This document shows positions 25,285-38,439 of a stretch of 64,000 bases of DNA, piece by piece. Below the pieces are notes generated by a model that was given only the letters and a program-made list of their open reading frames with translations, made no database searches and was not told the origin of the DNA. Made by a program: the position numbers and the translations under genes. The stretch's first letter is position 1. Each line of letters begins with the position of its first letter. Origin of the DNA: Camelus ferus (taxonomy: Eukaryota); the NCBI RefSeq assembly GCF_009834535.1, contig NC_045698.1:14448001-14512000 (forward strand), written 5' to 3'.

Positions 25285-27029
25285 CTGTTGTATTTTTCCT
25301 GCAACGATCACATATACTCATGATGATAAAGTCTTGTTTATAATAAAGGAATTTACTTATTAAGATAATTGAGCGATGTATGCCACAAAATCTTTCATGA
25401 TACAATTTCTTACTATTTTTATTTAGTTCCGTATGTTCCTGCTTCCAAAAAAGGCATTTTCAAGCAAAATTTGTCTGCAAAATTTGTCTTCAAACAAAAA
25501 GAAAACTCACCCTTGCTAAGGTTTCCAACATGGTCAAGTTTGGAATGTCCTGAGTGGGGGACTCAGGACAAATGCAGCTGGTGGGGATGAGACCTTGAAA
25601 TACACTTGAAAACTGTACTACCTTGTATCTTTGTTTGAATTGGATGGAACACAATGGTTGAAACTTTGTTTGTTTGTTTTTACATTTAATATATGATCAC
25701 AAAACAGATCCACATTTATCGATGTTTTTCTAAGATAATAATAGGCACATTATATAAAACAATGGAATTTGACTTTGAAAATATTGACTGTTTTGAAATT
25801 CCAGCATTTTCAATCCTTCCTGTTGATAACAATTAGCAGGATTTAATAAGATATTTGCATACTTACCTTAAAAAATCAGGCAATTATACAGACTGTGTGG
25901 TGAAATATACTTTAAACAAAATATATAAAAATAGTACTTTTGATTTCATGGCTTATATCCTTATATTTCATCTTTTCACAAGAAATTCAAGTATTCAAGA
26001 AGATGATTCTTAGAACGTTAGGTAATTTTGTATCAGATCTTATTAGTCACTCATCAAAATGGTAGTGGGTGTACTGTTATTTTCATCCACTATTTATTAA
26101 ATGTTCAATGTCTATACCTTTTCTACTTATTATTCAATTATAAGTATCATTGTCACATATCAAACAGATTGACACAGATGAATGATGATTAATAGCCAAC
26201 TGTATCTCTAGACTCTGATGTTTAAAGATGTTATAAAACATAAATTCAGTGGTCACTGGTAAAGAGAACTACATCTAGTAATAAGTTTAAATGGTTAATA
26301 AAACATATATAATCTGATTTCTATATATATTCAAGCACACACAAACAAAATTACATTTTAGAAACAGTTTTTAAAATATTGAAATATGGTAATATAACAT
26401 TCACTGACAGTAATCTACTTCATGTGTCAGTCTCAAGCTTTCATTTAAAAAAATTAGAAACACTTATAAAAGACAGTCTAATGTCAGTGCTTATTTGCTG
26501 GTTTTGTGGCATTTGAAAAGCGTGCCCATGAGAAAGAGTTTCAAAATTTATTAGAGAAAATAATGGAATAGGTTATATTTTTTAAAGAGTGATTTTAAAA
26601 CACAGAAGAAAACTGCTTTGCCAAACCTCTAAATATCTCCATAGAACTATAAAGATCTTTAAGAGAAAGTATATGACAAGAATTTCTATATTTCTATAAA
26701 ATGTTTAATATAGAAAATTTTACCTTGCAATTCAATTTATGAATGTTTGGTGATGTATTTTCTCTGTGATTGGGTCCTGAAGAGGAAAAAAAGGAAAAAA
26801 AATGCATGAAAACGTTTTCAAAATTTATGTCATATAAACCTGTGCATAGTAATAAATGGTAATAGTTTATTACAAATTTCTCCACACGACTCAAGGATCC
26901 AACTCATGAAAACATAACAGGGGATGGATAGCAAATACAATTCCTAAAGAAGCAAAATATTGAGGGTTCTGAATTGCCAGATTTTTGTTTTTTAGAGCAT
27001 AACCTGTGAAACGAAGACCCCTATTAGAA

Positions 27030-27220
27030 TATCAACTCTCTCAGTTGTTAGCTTTGTGACTTTGGACAATTAAAATATTTTCTCTGAACCATCATTACAT
27101 GAATTGATTAAGATGGATGCAATACCCTCTCTGTACAGGCATGAGTATTAACTTAAGTGTTATAATCCATTCGAAGCCTGTAACATTGTGACTAATGCAT
27201 AGTCAATATTAAAATATAAA
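27030..27220 (+). mobile_element. MIR
   Basis: 'ttagctttgtgactttggacaattaaaatattttctctgaacc...aagcctgtaacattgtgactaatgcatagt'. Confidence 0.6.
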
Positions 27221-27774
27221 ATATTAGTAGTGATTTTAAATAGTAAAATAATATTTATGATAATAGTAATTATTGATAATATGCATTATAAATTCAATAA
27301 TTAATGGACCTTGAAATCAGTAGAATCTGAAAAACATATCAGAATAGAAATGCAAGAAACAGAATGAAGTTTAACCATAGAATATAAAACAAGGGAGTTT
27401 TATAAATCAATACGAGGCATATTGTACTAAAATTGTGACAAATAGATATTTGAGTAAACTAATAAAATCATTTCATATTTTATAATGTGCACAACATAAT
27501 TTCAGTTGTATTTCAGCATTAACATTGAAAAGACAATATTAAGAGAAGAAAAATAACAGGTGAATTGTGCTCTCAGAGGGTAGTAAAGGTCTTTCAGAAC
27601 CTAAAAGTAAACAGCATAAGAATTCTTCTTATTCTTAGTTAAAATCAGCTTAACGAGTCATTAGGTTGTGATGCAATTTGATATGATCTTTTTCCTAAAA
27701 CTGATAAAATTACATTTATAAACATCAAATAGATGCCTCAAATACTTTGGAAATAAGTTAATAGGGATAGATCG

Positions 27775-27975
27775 TTCATTCAACAATTATTTACTGCATA
27801 CCTATTATGTGCCAAACACTCTTGTTCATACTGCAGATACAGCAGTGAACAAAAGAGACAAAAACACCCTGCCCTCATGGTACTTACATCTTGTGAGGGT
27901 GAGGGGTTGAAGACACAAATGCATAGCCAAGTAAGTTAATATGTATTGTATTTCAGATAATTGAAGTGCTATAAA
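27775..27975 (-). mobile_element. LINE-2 (L2a) 3' end
   Basis: 'ttcattcaacaattatttactgcatacctattatgtgccaaacact...gatacagcagtgaacaaaagagacaaaaacaccctgccctcatgg' is the reverse complement of the L2a terminus. Confidence 0.85.
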
Positions 27976-29499
27976 AAATAGACAGAAAGAGGTTAAGAAT
28001 TATTGACATTCATCCAAGATCCAAGGAGAAACATCAAGATAGATGACTTTGACGGCCAGGATAAAAAAAATAGAGCTGAAGAAAAATATTTGGTAATGTA
28101 CCATGAGTCTGGAAGTGATAACCTAAGGATGGAGTATAAACAGAAATGAAAGTTAAGACTGAGCCCTTTAAGGTCAGAAGAAAGAGAAGGAATCATCATT
28201 AAGTCAGGAACCCTGGGAAGATGTCCTGTGATGTCCTGGGAGCACCATTAAGAGAAAGAGATTGGAAGTAGTTTGGAGATCTCAGTTAACAGTCTGTCTA
28301 TCATCTATCTACCTGTTGAAAGCAAAACATCTGAGATTCCTTTAGAATACACACTTCTTAGAAACTTCAGGCTCCCAAGACTTCCAACATGTATGTTCTC
28401 TCATGCTATATTTTAGAACACTCACCTTTTCAATATGGCCTTTCCTAAAATAAGAAGTAAAACTCAATGTGACTGATTTCTAAGTTTGAGTTTAGGAACT
28501 AGTGATGATACAGTGTTCAGCTGCCCTGTTATTAGAGCCTAGAATTACTCATTAACAGTGCATGACACATGGTCCCCCTGCAACACTTGTGTGCCTGATT
28601 TAAGTTGAAGAGCAACAAACGTTCATAAGGAGTAATTTTAAAGTATTGGGTTATTTGAATACTCTACCAGGAGGAAACTCATATGTCAGCACATAGGGAC
28701 TTATTTGTGCTTAGCTTACATTGTCTGCAAAAATTAACATAGGCTATTGAGAATAAGACCAATAGCATATGGCTGATCATTTCACCTCTGCTTCATCGCT
28801 ACCATAGGAAACGCGGCACTCTCTTCCATGTGTGTGCCCTAATGCCAAAACTGACTCTAACTGTGACACAGTCCTCTAATATAAACTATTTAAAATCTGG
28901 CGAAAGAAAATTATTTTACAATCATTCTTAGCTAAGAATTAAGCTTACTGAAAATTGTTCAGTCAACCAGGAGATGTCACCAATAAATAAATAACACCAT
29001 CTTCTGTGTTGCAAACATTCATTCAAATTTAAGAAAACAATTCAGTCAAATATTTCCAGGAAAGGATTTATAATATTGTCCCCTTACTAGGAAATATATA
29101 TTGTACTTCCTATTAAATCACACTATCTTGCTTCTCCTTCAGATATTTCTATGGGCCTAATACTTTTTAAATGCAGCAATTATTTTAGATAAAATTTCAA
29201 CAAGTACTAGTTTGCACTTCTGAGCTCTTAAAATAATAAAAAAAAGTACATTTTTAACTAGAGAAGGAATATGTTAGAAAATATATACATAGTTACATTA
29301 AAATGTATTCTCACTTACTATATAGGTCACTGTTTCAAAGCTATTCATATTATATTGTATTCTGCTTGATTTCAAATCTCTAAATTGCAGGCTTATTATA
29401 TCTTCGTAAAAGCTAAAGTCTTTCCGGGTTGTCCAAAAATAATGACAAAAAAGAGACACAGCAGCATAATACAATTAATAATATAATCCTTTGATATAA

Positions 29500-30678
29500 T
29501 TTTATTTTATTAAAACATTAGTGTTTTAGAGCAGTTTAAGGCTCACAGCAAAATTGAAAGGAAGGTACAGAGATTTTCAATATACCCTCTACCCCCACAC
29601 CTGCATAGCCTCCCTCATTATCCCCATCCCCAACAAGAGTGGTATATTTGTTACAATTTATAAATCTACATTGACACATCATAATCACCTAAAGTCCATA
29701 GTTTACATATGGTTCACTCTTGGAATTGTACATATTATGGGTTTGGAGAAATGTATGACATGTATTAATTATTATGGTATCATGCAGAGTAATTTCAGTG
29801 CCCTTGAATGGCTCTAACTATTCATTCCCCTCTCCCCTCAATTCCTGGCAAACATTGAACTTTTCGTAGTTTTCAAAGTTTTACCTTTTTCAGAATGCTA
29901 TGTAGTTGAAATCACAGTATATAGCCTTTCCAGATTGGCTTCTATCATTTAGTAATATATATGTAAGTTTTCTTCATGTCTTTGCATAGTTTGATAGCTC
30001 ATTGTTTAGTGCTGAATAATAGTCCATTATCTAGATGTAGCACAGTTTATTTATCCACTCATCCACTGAAGAAACAGCTTGGTTGCATCCAGATTTGGCA
30101 ATTATGAATAAAACTGCCATAAATACCTGTGTGCAGGTTTTTGTGTGGTTGTTAAGTTTTCCAGTTTTGGGGGTAAATATCCAGCACTATGATTTTGAAT
30201 TGTATAGTATGTTAGTTTTGTAAAAAGTAATCAAACTTCCAAAGTGACTATACCGTTTTGCATTCCTACCAGCAGTAAATGGGAATTCTTACTGTTCCAC
30301 ATCCTCACTATCATTTGCTGTTATCAGTGCTCTGGAGTTTGGCAATTTTAATAGGTTTTAGTGGTATCTTTTTTTTTATTTTACATTTCCCTGATGACAT
30401 ACAGTATGGAACATTTTTTCATATATTTATTTTCTATCTTTATATCCTCTTCAGTGATATATCCATTAAGGTCTTTGCCCCATTTTTAAATTATAATGTT
30501 TGTTTTCTTACTGTTGAGTTTTAAGGGCTCTTTGTATATTTAGGATAAGAATCTTTTGCAAATATTTTCCTCCAGTCTGTGGTTTTTCTACTTATTCTAT
30601 TGGCATTGTCTCTTCCAGAGCAGAAGTTTTTAATTTTAATGAAGTCCAATGTATCAATTATTTCTTTCATGATTTGGG
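29500..30678 (-). mobile_element. LINE-1 3' end (L1MC1-like): 3'UTR plus ORF2 C-terminal part
   Basis: 'ttttagagcagtttaaggctcacagcaaaattgaaaggaaggtacagagatttt...catagcctccctcattatc...cattgacacatcataatcacctaaagtccatagtttaca' is characteristic of the L1MC1 3'UTR. The minus ORF 30521-30742 carries LDFIKIKNFCS...DWRKIFA from ORF2. Confidence 0.92.
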
Positions 30679-30769
30679 CACAGTAATCTCCATCTCCTAG
30701 TCTTCTCAAAAGGTAAGTTAACCTGCAATACAGCACATACACTCTGCAGCTTTACTGTACATATGGTGG

Positions 30770-30865
30770 GAAGGCAATCAGTTCTGAAGTCAGATCACTT
30801 GCTTAAGAACAAGTTATATAAATACTAGCTGCGTGACTGTCAGCAAGTTACTTTCCTTTTCTGTT
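30770..30865 (+). mobile_element. MIR fragment
   Basis: 'ttctgaagtcagatcac...tactagctgcgtgactgtcagcaagttactttccttttctg'. Confidence 0.55.
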
Positions 30866-31839
30866 TTGGTAAAGTCTGATTCTTTGACCTAGAGGGTACT
30901 TTGAAGGGAGCCAAAATATTAAACTTCATGATCTGGGGAGTTATGAACATGCATAGAATTGTGAAACTCCAGATTATGATTTGGTGTCAATCAATTGGGC
31001 AATATCCACAAGAATGATTTTAAATTCAGGCAAGCATTTACCTATAGAAAGATTCATTAGAGATTGTTTTGTAATAAAGAGACCATTTAAAATAATATAA
31101 AATATTCAAAATTAAAATATAGTTGTATATAGCCAATAAAATTATACCTGAAGATTTTAAGAAAATGGGGACATATTCATGGCATAATAGTGATCAGGTA
31201 CATATGACTATTACATAGTTAATGCTTGAAAATATGTAATATTTATAGGAGGAGGATAATGCCCCCAAAACATCAGAGGAAAATGGACGTAACATCACAG
31301 AAAAGAACAATGAGAGACAAGGCTGTATTGGCAAAGTGACTCATGAGCACTTGACAGAATAGTCTACCTTTATTCTAAGGCTAGGATACTAATTTAAGAG
31401 TATTCTTTCAAAATAGATTTTCATCATTTATTTTCTAGATTAAATTTTCTTATAGCTTCTTAGTGCCTAATTATATATAAGAATCATCTATGGAAATTTT
31501 ATAAATTGTGTGTCTGGCTCTGCCCCAAGATTTTACTTCAGGATGAAAAGACTTTGATGCATTGAATGATTAGAGATTTATAAACAGCAATGGAAGGGTA
31601 GCACATGGTATGTATATGAAGAATGAGGGAACAGACAGAGGTGTGAAGACCCATTATTATATGCATCACTACCATTGTAGATGTAAGAATAAACAATTGT
31701 GTTAATTGGGGTGATAGGAATGGAAATGAGGAGGAAAAATGAATAAGAACACTGTTAACTAAGAGTCTCTATGACTGGGTACTTTATTAGACAAGGGAGC
31801 CTGAAAGTTGAAAAGCTGTGATAATTCCATGAAATTAAA

Positions 31840-31841
<2 letters not shown>

Positions 31842-31887
<46 letters not shown>

Positions 31888-31913
31888 GGGAAACAGGGAG
31901 AGAGAGAGAGAGA
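31842..31913. repeat. (GT)n microsatellite followed by a short (GA)n
   Basis: Perfect GT run at 31842-31883; it explains the THTHTH ORFs. Confidence 0.97.
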
Positions 31914-33077
31914 TTCCAAGATAAAAATATATCCATGTAGACATTTAAAGGGGACTAGAACATTGATAGATATAGATAAAGGTGTAAATGTAGAAGTAAA
32001 CCAAATCAAAATAATAATATAGTCATAGAAATGGATAAAACTCCAAGATAGAACACAGGTTATCAACGCTTTTTTCAGTGAAACTCCATTTTAAAAGGAG
32101 ACAGAAAAGAGAATCAGAGAATAAAATAAAACACATTTACCTCCAGGGGAAAAAGAAAAAACCTGAGGATCAAAGCAAGAAGTCCACTGGAGAAGTCAAG
32201 TCGGCCAGATGCTACCACAGATTTTGGCTTTTCAGATCCTGTTATCAAAACATTACAATTCTAAACATTAAAACAACTTAGTTCTGTACACATTTAGTTC
32301 ATTCATGTATCCATCCAGATATTAATGGCTAACTTACTACCCACCAGGCTTTGTGATATAAGCTGGACAGACAAGATATACAAGGAGGAGACCACAGTGT
32401 AACAGTAATAAAGCATCAAAGCCAAGCACAGCACATGAAGTGTTGAGAAAGGCTTCACGCAGCCGGCATCACTGGAAGAGCAATAGTATCAGACGAGCCA
32501 CTGGGTGAGAGGTTTTCATAACAACAAAACACATATACAATCAACCAGATTTTTTTAAATGGAGGAGGTACAGAGAGAGTTCCCTCATCAATTATTCACT
32601 CATTTAGTTTGCTGTCTTCCTATACCATATTGGTTTCAGCAGCATTCCAATAGCTGAATTTAAATGTAGAAGGGGAAAATCTATCATGTGAAAAGTTAAG
32701 TACCTGTAATGCTAAAACTTCACATAAACTTGGATGCTCTGTTTAGCTTCTAAAGAATAATGAAATGTTATACTGAATTTGCAATAATCCACTAAGTAAT
32801 TTATGAACAAATTAACTGTGGCATTCATAGTCATAGTAACTTCTAATTATGTTTCAATGCAATATTCAATTCCTGTGATGTAAATGTTTATGATTATCAT
32901 TATCATTGCCATACATATGCCCCATGTCATAACCGTTAGGCAGAAATATAGTTCTAAAATACCTGCATAGCCAAGAAATGGCTTCTGGCCGGTTCGGGGT
33001 TCAATAATCTCAGAGAAAGCTGGCATTAGTCCATCAAAGTGAACTCCAGGTATTTTGAACCTGAGAGTCATACCATT

Positions 33078-34706
33078 TTAGCTAGTGAAACCCTGAGCAG
33101 AGAATATGGTGAAACCATGCCCAGACTCCTGACCCATAGAATCTTTCAAATAATTTGCTACACAGCATAGCAAGTGCATCCAGGTTTTGGTACTTGGAAT
33201 TGAAGGTGCTGCTACTACAGCAACAACAAAAATACTTTTAAAAAAATGTGTGAGTATCTTTGAAATCAGGAAGTTGGTGGAGACTGGACAATGTTTAAGG
33301 AACATGAGAAGGAAAGCCTTAAATTCCTTTGAACAGACTGAGTTTGAAATCTGGATTTGGAAGAGCCTGCCAGAGAAGTTTCGAAAGGAAATGAGGAACA
33401 TGTTACTGAAAACTAGACGAGGGGAAACCTCTGTGATACAGTGACAGAGATTCGGAAAACTGTGCCCTGTAGTTCTGTGGGGATACTTATAAATGATAGA
33501 CATGGACCTTTAGCTAAATGCCAAAAGAGCTGCCTGGTTTATTACTGCTATTGTAATAAAATGTAAGAGGAGAGAGATAGAATGAGGGGGGAGATCTCTA
33601 AATAAAAGGCAGCAGAACAGGATGGCTTTAAAGTTACTGGATTACCTAGATGGCAACATATACCAAGAGTCATAAATGAAGGCCGAAAATGTGGCATAGA
33701 AAAAAGACTACACAACTTTTAGTTAAAAACCTTAGAAAGATCAAAAGGTCAGAGGATTTAGTCACATTAAGTGCCTTTTAAGAGATTAAGAATGTACCTA
33801 CAGGTTTTTCTCAACCAAAAGACCAAGGAGTGAGGCCAGGAGTCACAAAAGCTTTCGTCCAGGCTTTAATACCCAAGTGGGGAAGAAAAAACATTTCAGA
33901 AAGATTATGGACCAGTTATTCATGTTTACTTTCCATTTCTTTTCTGAATCAGAATATTTATAACTTCTGTTCCTTTCCTGCCATATTAAGTCAGGCGTAT
34001 GGTGGCTGATAACTTGTCACTTTAATTTTCCATGTCTTCAAATGGAGAAGAATGTACCCCAGGAGCTCTGCCCAATAGACATCCAGGTCTATCACGAACA
34101 CCTGGATCTGATTTAGATTTTGGACTCTGAGCTGATGTTGTAACGAAATAAAACTCTTAGGATCCCTGGGTCGGGTTGAGGGGGGGCAGTGTATAATTTG
34201 CGTTTGAGATGGTCTTAATAGTTGGAGGGCAGAGAGTGGCAGGTTCTTGCCCCCTGGTGTGCTGGCCTGGTATAATTACCTCCACCTGAATGTGGGGAAG
34301 AATAAGCATAAGATGGGACAGTCAGTCCTGATTATGTTATGCTATATAAGATTCTCCATAGCAGGCTGATTCTCCTGCTGGTTTTGTAGAAGTAAGTTGG
34401 CATGTTTGATTAGAACTTGAGGACTGCCTTTAGAAGCTGAGAGAGACATCTGCCTGATAGCCAGCAAGAAGATGGGGTTTTCAGTTCTAGAACTGCATGG
34501 AGCTAATTTCTGCCAACCAAGAATGAGCTTAGAAGAAGATCCTGAGCCTCAGATGGACTCGTAGTCCCTTTTGATGCATTGTTCAGCCTTGTGAAAGCCA
34601 GCTAACCCAGGCTTGGATTCCTGATTAACAGAAACTATGAAATAGCAAATAGATGTTTTAATCTAAGTTTGTGGTAATTTGTTCACAGCAGCAGAAAACT
34701 AATGAA
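33078..34706 (+). mobile_element. MaLR provirus remnant (MLT1E/F/G-like): partial 5' LTR, internal region and 3' LTR
   Basis: 5' LTR tail 'gtgaaaccctgagcagag...ccatgcccagactcctgacccatagaa...taatttgctacacagcatag' is followed by the MLT-int start 'ttttggtacttggaattgaaggtgctgct'. The int end 'ctggatctgatttagattttggactctgagctgatg' and a purine tract 'ggagggcagagagtgg' (about 34223-34238) precede a 3' LTR ending 'tttgtggtaatttgttcacagcagcagaaaactaatg'. Confidence 0.85.
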
Positions 34707-35656
34707 ACTACTTTCCAAGTGATATTAGGAATCAGTGTATTTTTAATTCACCTTTTTGATTTATGTAGTTAAATGTAAATGCATTGATTTTAGCAACCCC
34801 AAAAGATGTTTCCCTTCTGTATTATCCTCTTGTGAATGTTGATAATGATCAGTAGAACATTTTAAAATTTTTCAGATATTTTTAAATGTGTTCATATGTT
34901 ACAAATATGAAAAAAATAGAGAAACAAAATGAGTTGAACAAATTGAAAATTTTGAATTTTAAAATAAGGGTATTTTACTTGTGAAATGCTTTTATAGTCT
35001 ATATGCATTGATCATTATAATTCATCCTTCACTTTATAATTCTGAATGTTAGAAATTGTCTCTACCCCATAAGTAAGGATTGCTAAAGAAAAATAGTCAT
35101 ACTCTGTGAGGTTTGGCTTTGTACTTTTAATGTAAATTTCAAAGCAGAACATTTTGACAAAATCACATTGGAAGGGCATCAGCAATACAACCCTCCTACA
35201 TAATATAATTCGGAGTGCAATGAGTAAATAATCCTGTGCTCCTAAACAAGGTGCTGTTCATTCATTAGTATAAGGGTCATTTGTAAGCCAATTTTTGTTA
35301 TTACCCTGAAACGACATTGTTGTTAAATTGTGATAAAGGGGAAACCGTAAATTGGAAAGAATTTTAATGGTCATCATCTTCATTAGCTAATGAGATGTGC
35401 TAATTATTTTCTTAAATGATAATGATTTAGTAGCCTTGGCATAAAGGGCTCACAGAGCAATAACTAGATGAGTCCCCTTCAGTGTGTTTGCACAATGTTG
35501 GAAGAGACATAATAACAGAGAGTGATAATTATGTTATGTAAAATACTATTCATTAAAATGTCTATCTAAGTAATGACTGATTTTATGTTATTTCTGTATG
35601 ATATATTTGCATTAAATCTAGGGTGCTGAAAATGTGACACAGAAATTGCATTAAGG

Positions 35657-36865
35657 CTGCACTTCTTGAAGTGTTATCCCTAGACCCCTGGAGACCCCTG
35701 AGATCCTATCCAGAGAGGTGTGAGGTCAAAACTATTTTAATAGTAATTCAGTGTTACATTTACTATTTGCATTTTGTTGTCAGTGCTACTGATGATTAAA
35801 CAAAAAGGTAACTGAAAATGCTGGTTTTCTAACAGTACATCAAGGAAGTGGCTCCCTCCTGTACTAAGCATCATTATGTTCTTCAGCAATCTACACTTGC
35901 AGAAAAATGGAGAGAGAAGGAAAAAGAGCAAAGAAGAAAGGGAGAGAAAGAGAAAAAAAAGTTCAGCTTTTCCTATATGAGGAAAAATATATAAATAAAT
36001 GTATATCCTTGAATATATCATTTTCATTTTCTGTGTGAAGAAATATGAAATGCCCATGTGACACTTCTGCTGGGGTCTGAAGTGTGATGGTCATCTCCAA
36101 AGTGAGTTAAAGTTGCTGCTCTTTTTTTTTTTTTTTTGTGCCTGGAATACTGTTTTTACTTAACATGATGTCAGTTAAACTGTGAGTACTTGAAATTTGC
36201 TGTTTGTAGGCATTTCCTTGAAGGTGAACAGAAGGAGCCTGCTGCTTCAGTAAAAATCCCTGATAGTATTTCATGCCAATGATTCAATATTTCAAGTCAA
36301 ATTTTAAATGTTCTAAAACTTGTGAGTTTCCCCATGAGTTTAACAGCTTTCCAATTCTTAAAAAACTTTTCTGATGAGATTATTGGCAATGTAGAAAATC
36401 TGATTTTTTAAAATGAAATTTGTCAATATTTGGAAGATCTACTATATCTTGGTGATCCAATATTTCTCAAATGACCAATGTATAATATTTAAAATCATGC
36501 AGAGGTAAAAAAAAAATTCAATTGTTGAGTTTTGGTGTAGTATCAGATAAACTCAAAATGATCTGAAAAATATATTAAAATGCCCCCTTTCTCAATTACA
36601 GGTCTGAGTGAGGCCAGATTTTTATTTTCATATACTTCAGCTAAACAGCATATCGTAACAGAGTGAATGTAGAAGCAGGCATGGTAAGCCAGACACTAAA
36701 GAGATTTGGGGAAAAAAAGTAAAACTATGCCAAACGTACTGTTCATTTAAATATTAATTTAAAAAATTCCTCAGTATTTATTTCTCAATAGTACATATTG
36801 ATTTATGTAAGTCATATGAACCAAAGATCTTTGGGACTTCAATTTTAAGACTCTAAGGAGTCCTG
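35657..36865 (+). mobile_element. hAT DNA transposon, Charlie1a-like
   Basis: Start 'cacttcttgaagtgttatccctagacccctgg...gaggtcaaaactatttt'; internal transposase remnant 'ctcaaatgaccaatgtataat...ttgagttttggtgtagtatca...ctgagtgaggccagatttt'; end 'aaagatctttgggac...ttttaagactctaaggagtcctg'. Confidence 0.85.
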
Positions 36866-37639
36866 CCTCATGGTATTCGAAGATAAGTAGATATGTTGAC
36901 CTCTTGATAAAAAACATATTGAGGAGTAAAAGAACCTAGTTCTGAATGTGGTTGTAACCTCATGCACATTAAATTAAATGAAAGGCATGAGTCAGTAGAA
37001 ATATAGTAAATGTTTAGCAATATGGAAAAAAATGTATTTCCTTCTTTGCTGGAAGTTGACATCACTTGAGTGCTAGGAACAAGATTGTGATTTGACATGT
37101 TCCTTCAATTTTGGCTTTAAAAAAACCAGTTTCAATAGCAGGATAAAAAACAATCTATATTTTTCATTAAATTTAAAAAAATCTTAAAATAGGAGGTTGA
37201 GGAAAAGCAATAGATTGAAATTAACACTCAAAATAACTACCAAAAATCTGGAGTAAAGTGGACAAGAAAATACTAATTATAGAAGGGATTTCATCAAAAC
37301 AATACTGCTTAGTATACCGTAAGCAAATCAATTACTTTATTTGTGAGATCTAGAGACATTTATTTGTTTTTCTTAAATCCAAATACTTTCAGCAATTTTT
37401 ATCATGAAAATATTATTAAATAAAATACAAATGATTAGGAATAGTAACTTGCAAGAAAAATACTTTTTTTTCAAGTACTCTTCAAGTATTTGATTTTTTA
37501 ATGTAAACTTACAAATAGGAATTACTTTTTATGGTTTTAATTCAAAAAGTACAATAGTTACTGTATCATCCATATGTACTGTACATATGCACAACTATGT
37601 AAAATAATAGATATCCTTTTCCAGAAATAAGGCAGACTA

Positions 37640-38420
37640 GATTCCCATAGAAATCAATTTAAATGCTGGAGAGAATATGTTAAAACAAAATATTAAGTGT
37701 ATCCATGAGTTGGTACCAAGATATGAAATAGTCAGACTAGAGGGTGAGTCATGTGAAAATTCAGGAGGTGTTTGCTGATCCCAGTGAATCAGCACATAAA
37801 TATGCGTGAACTTGAAGGGATCAGGTCTCCAAGGACAAAACCCAGGGCCTTCTTCTGAGTAGACACTAAATAAGAAACAAGGAAGCAAAGCAACAGACAA
37901 CAAAACAACAACAACAAACACACACTTACACACATCCCACAAAACCTGGGGCTGAAAGGGCTATAGTTTCAGAATAATGTTGAATTAAAAATATACAACT
38001 CCCTCTGCTTCTAGGCATTGGCAGGAAAATAAAGAAAAAAAAATTTCCCATGATAATTTATAAACATGCCCAAATTCACAGTATTAGCTGGGATTTTTTG
38101 TTGTTGTTGTTAAATCCAACATCATATATTGCATATGTAATAATAAAATAAGTAGAAGTAAATCTTCTGCTAAATGACAAAAGTTGTCATATTAAATGAA
38201 GTATAGTTGAAAATGGTTTAGAAGAAACTCATCTAAAACATAAGGCTGGAAGAAGGTCAAAAACACAGCAAAAATAACCAAAAATAAATTGGTGCATTGC
38301 TATATTTACCCCACAAAAATGTTGGTTTTAGGACAAAAGAAGAAAATATTTGTTGAGTTTAAAAAAAAGGACTTAGTCATGATGAAAGTTTCAACTTACA
38401 AGAAAGAAAGTGACAGGATT
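37640..38420 (+). mobile_element. HAL1/old L1M 5'-region-like fragment
   Basis: 'ggcaggaaaataaagaaaaaaaaatttcccatgataatttataaac...aaattcacagtatt' resembles HAL1/L1M5 5' sequence. Very diverged. Confidence 0.4.
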
Positions 38421-38439
38421 ACATTTATTTCCCTACATA

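Noticed and set aside
28250..28620. Possible L3/CR1 remnant
   Set aside because: The resemblance is too faint to support by eye; it needs a profile-HMM search.
33078..33503. 141-aa and 85-aa ORFs
   Set aside because: They lie within MaLR LTR/internal sequence and have no gene context.
37571..37589. Palindrome catatgtac-t-gtacatatg
   Set aside because: It has 9-bp arms of alternating purine/pyrimidine low-complexity sequence, with no supporting context.
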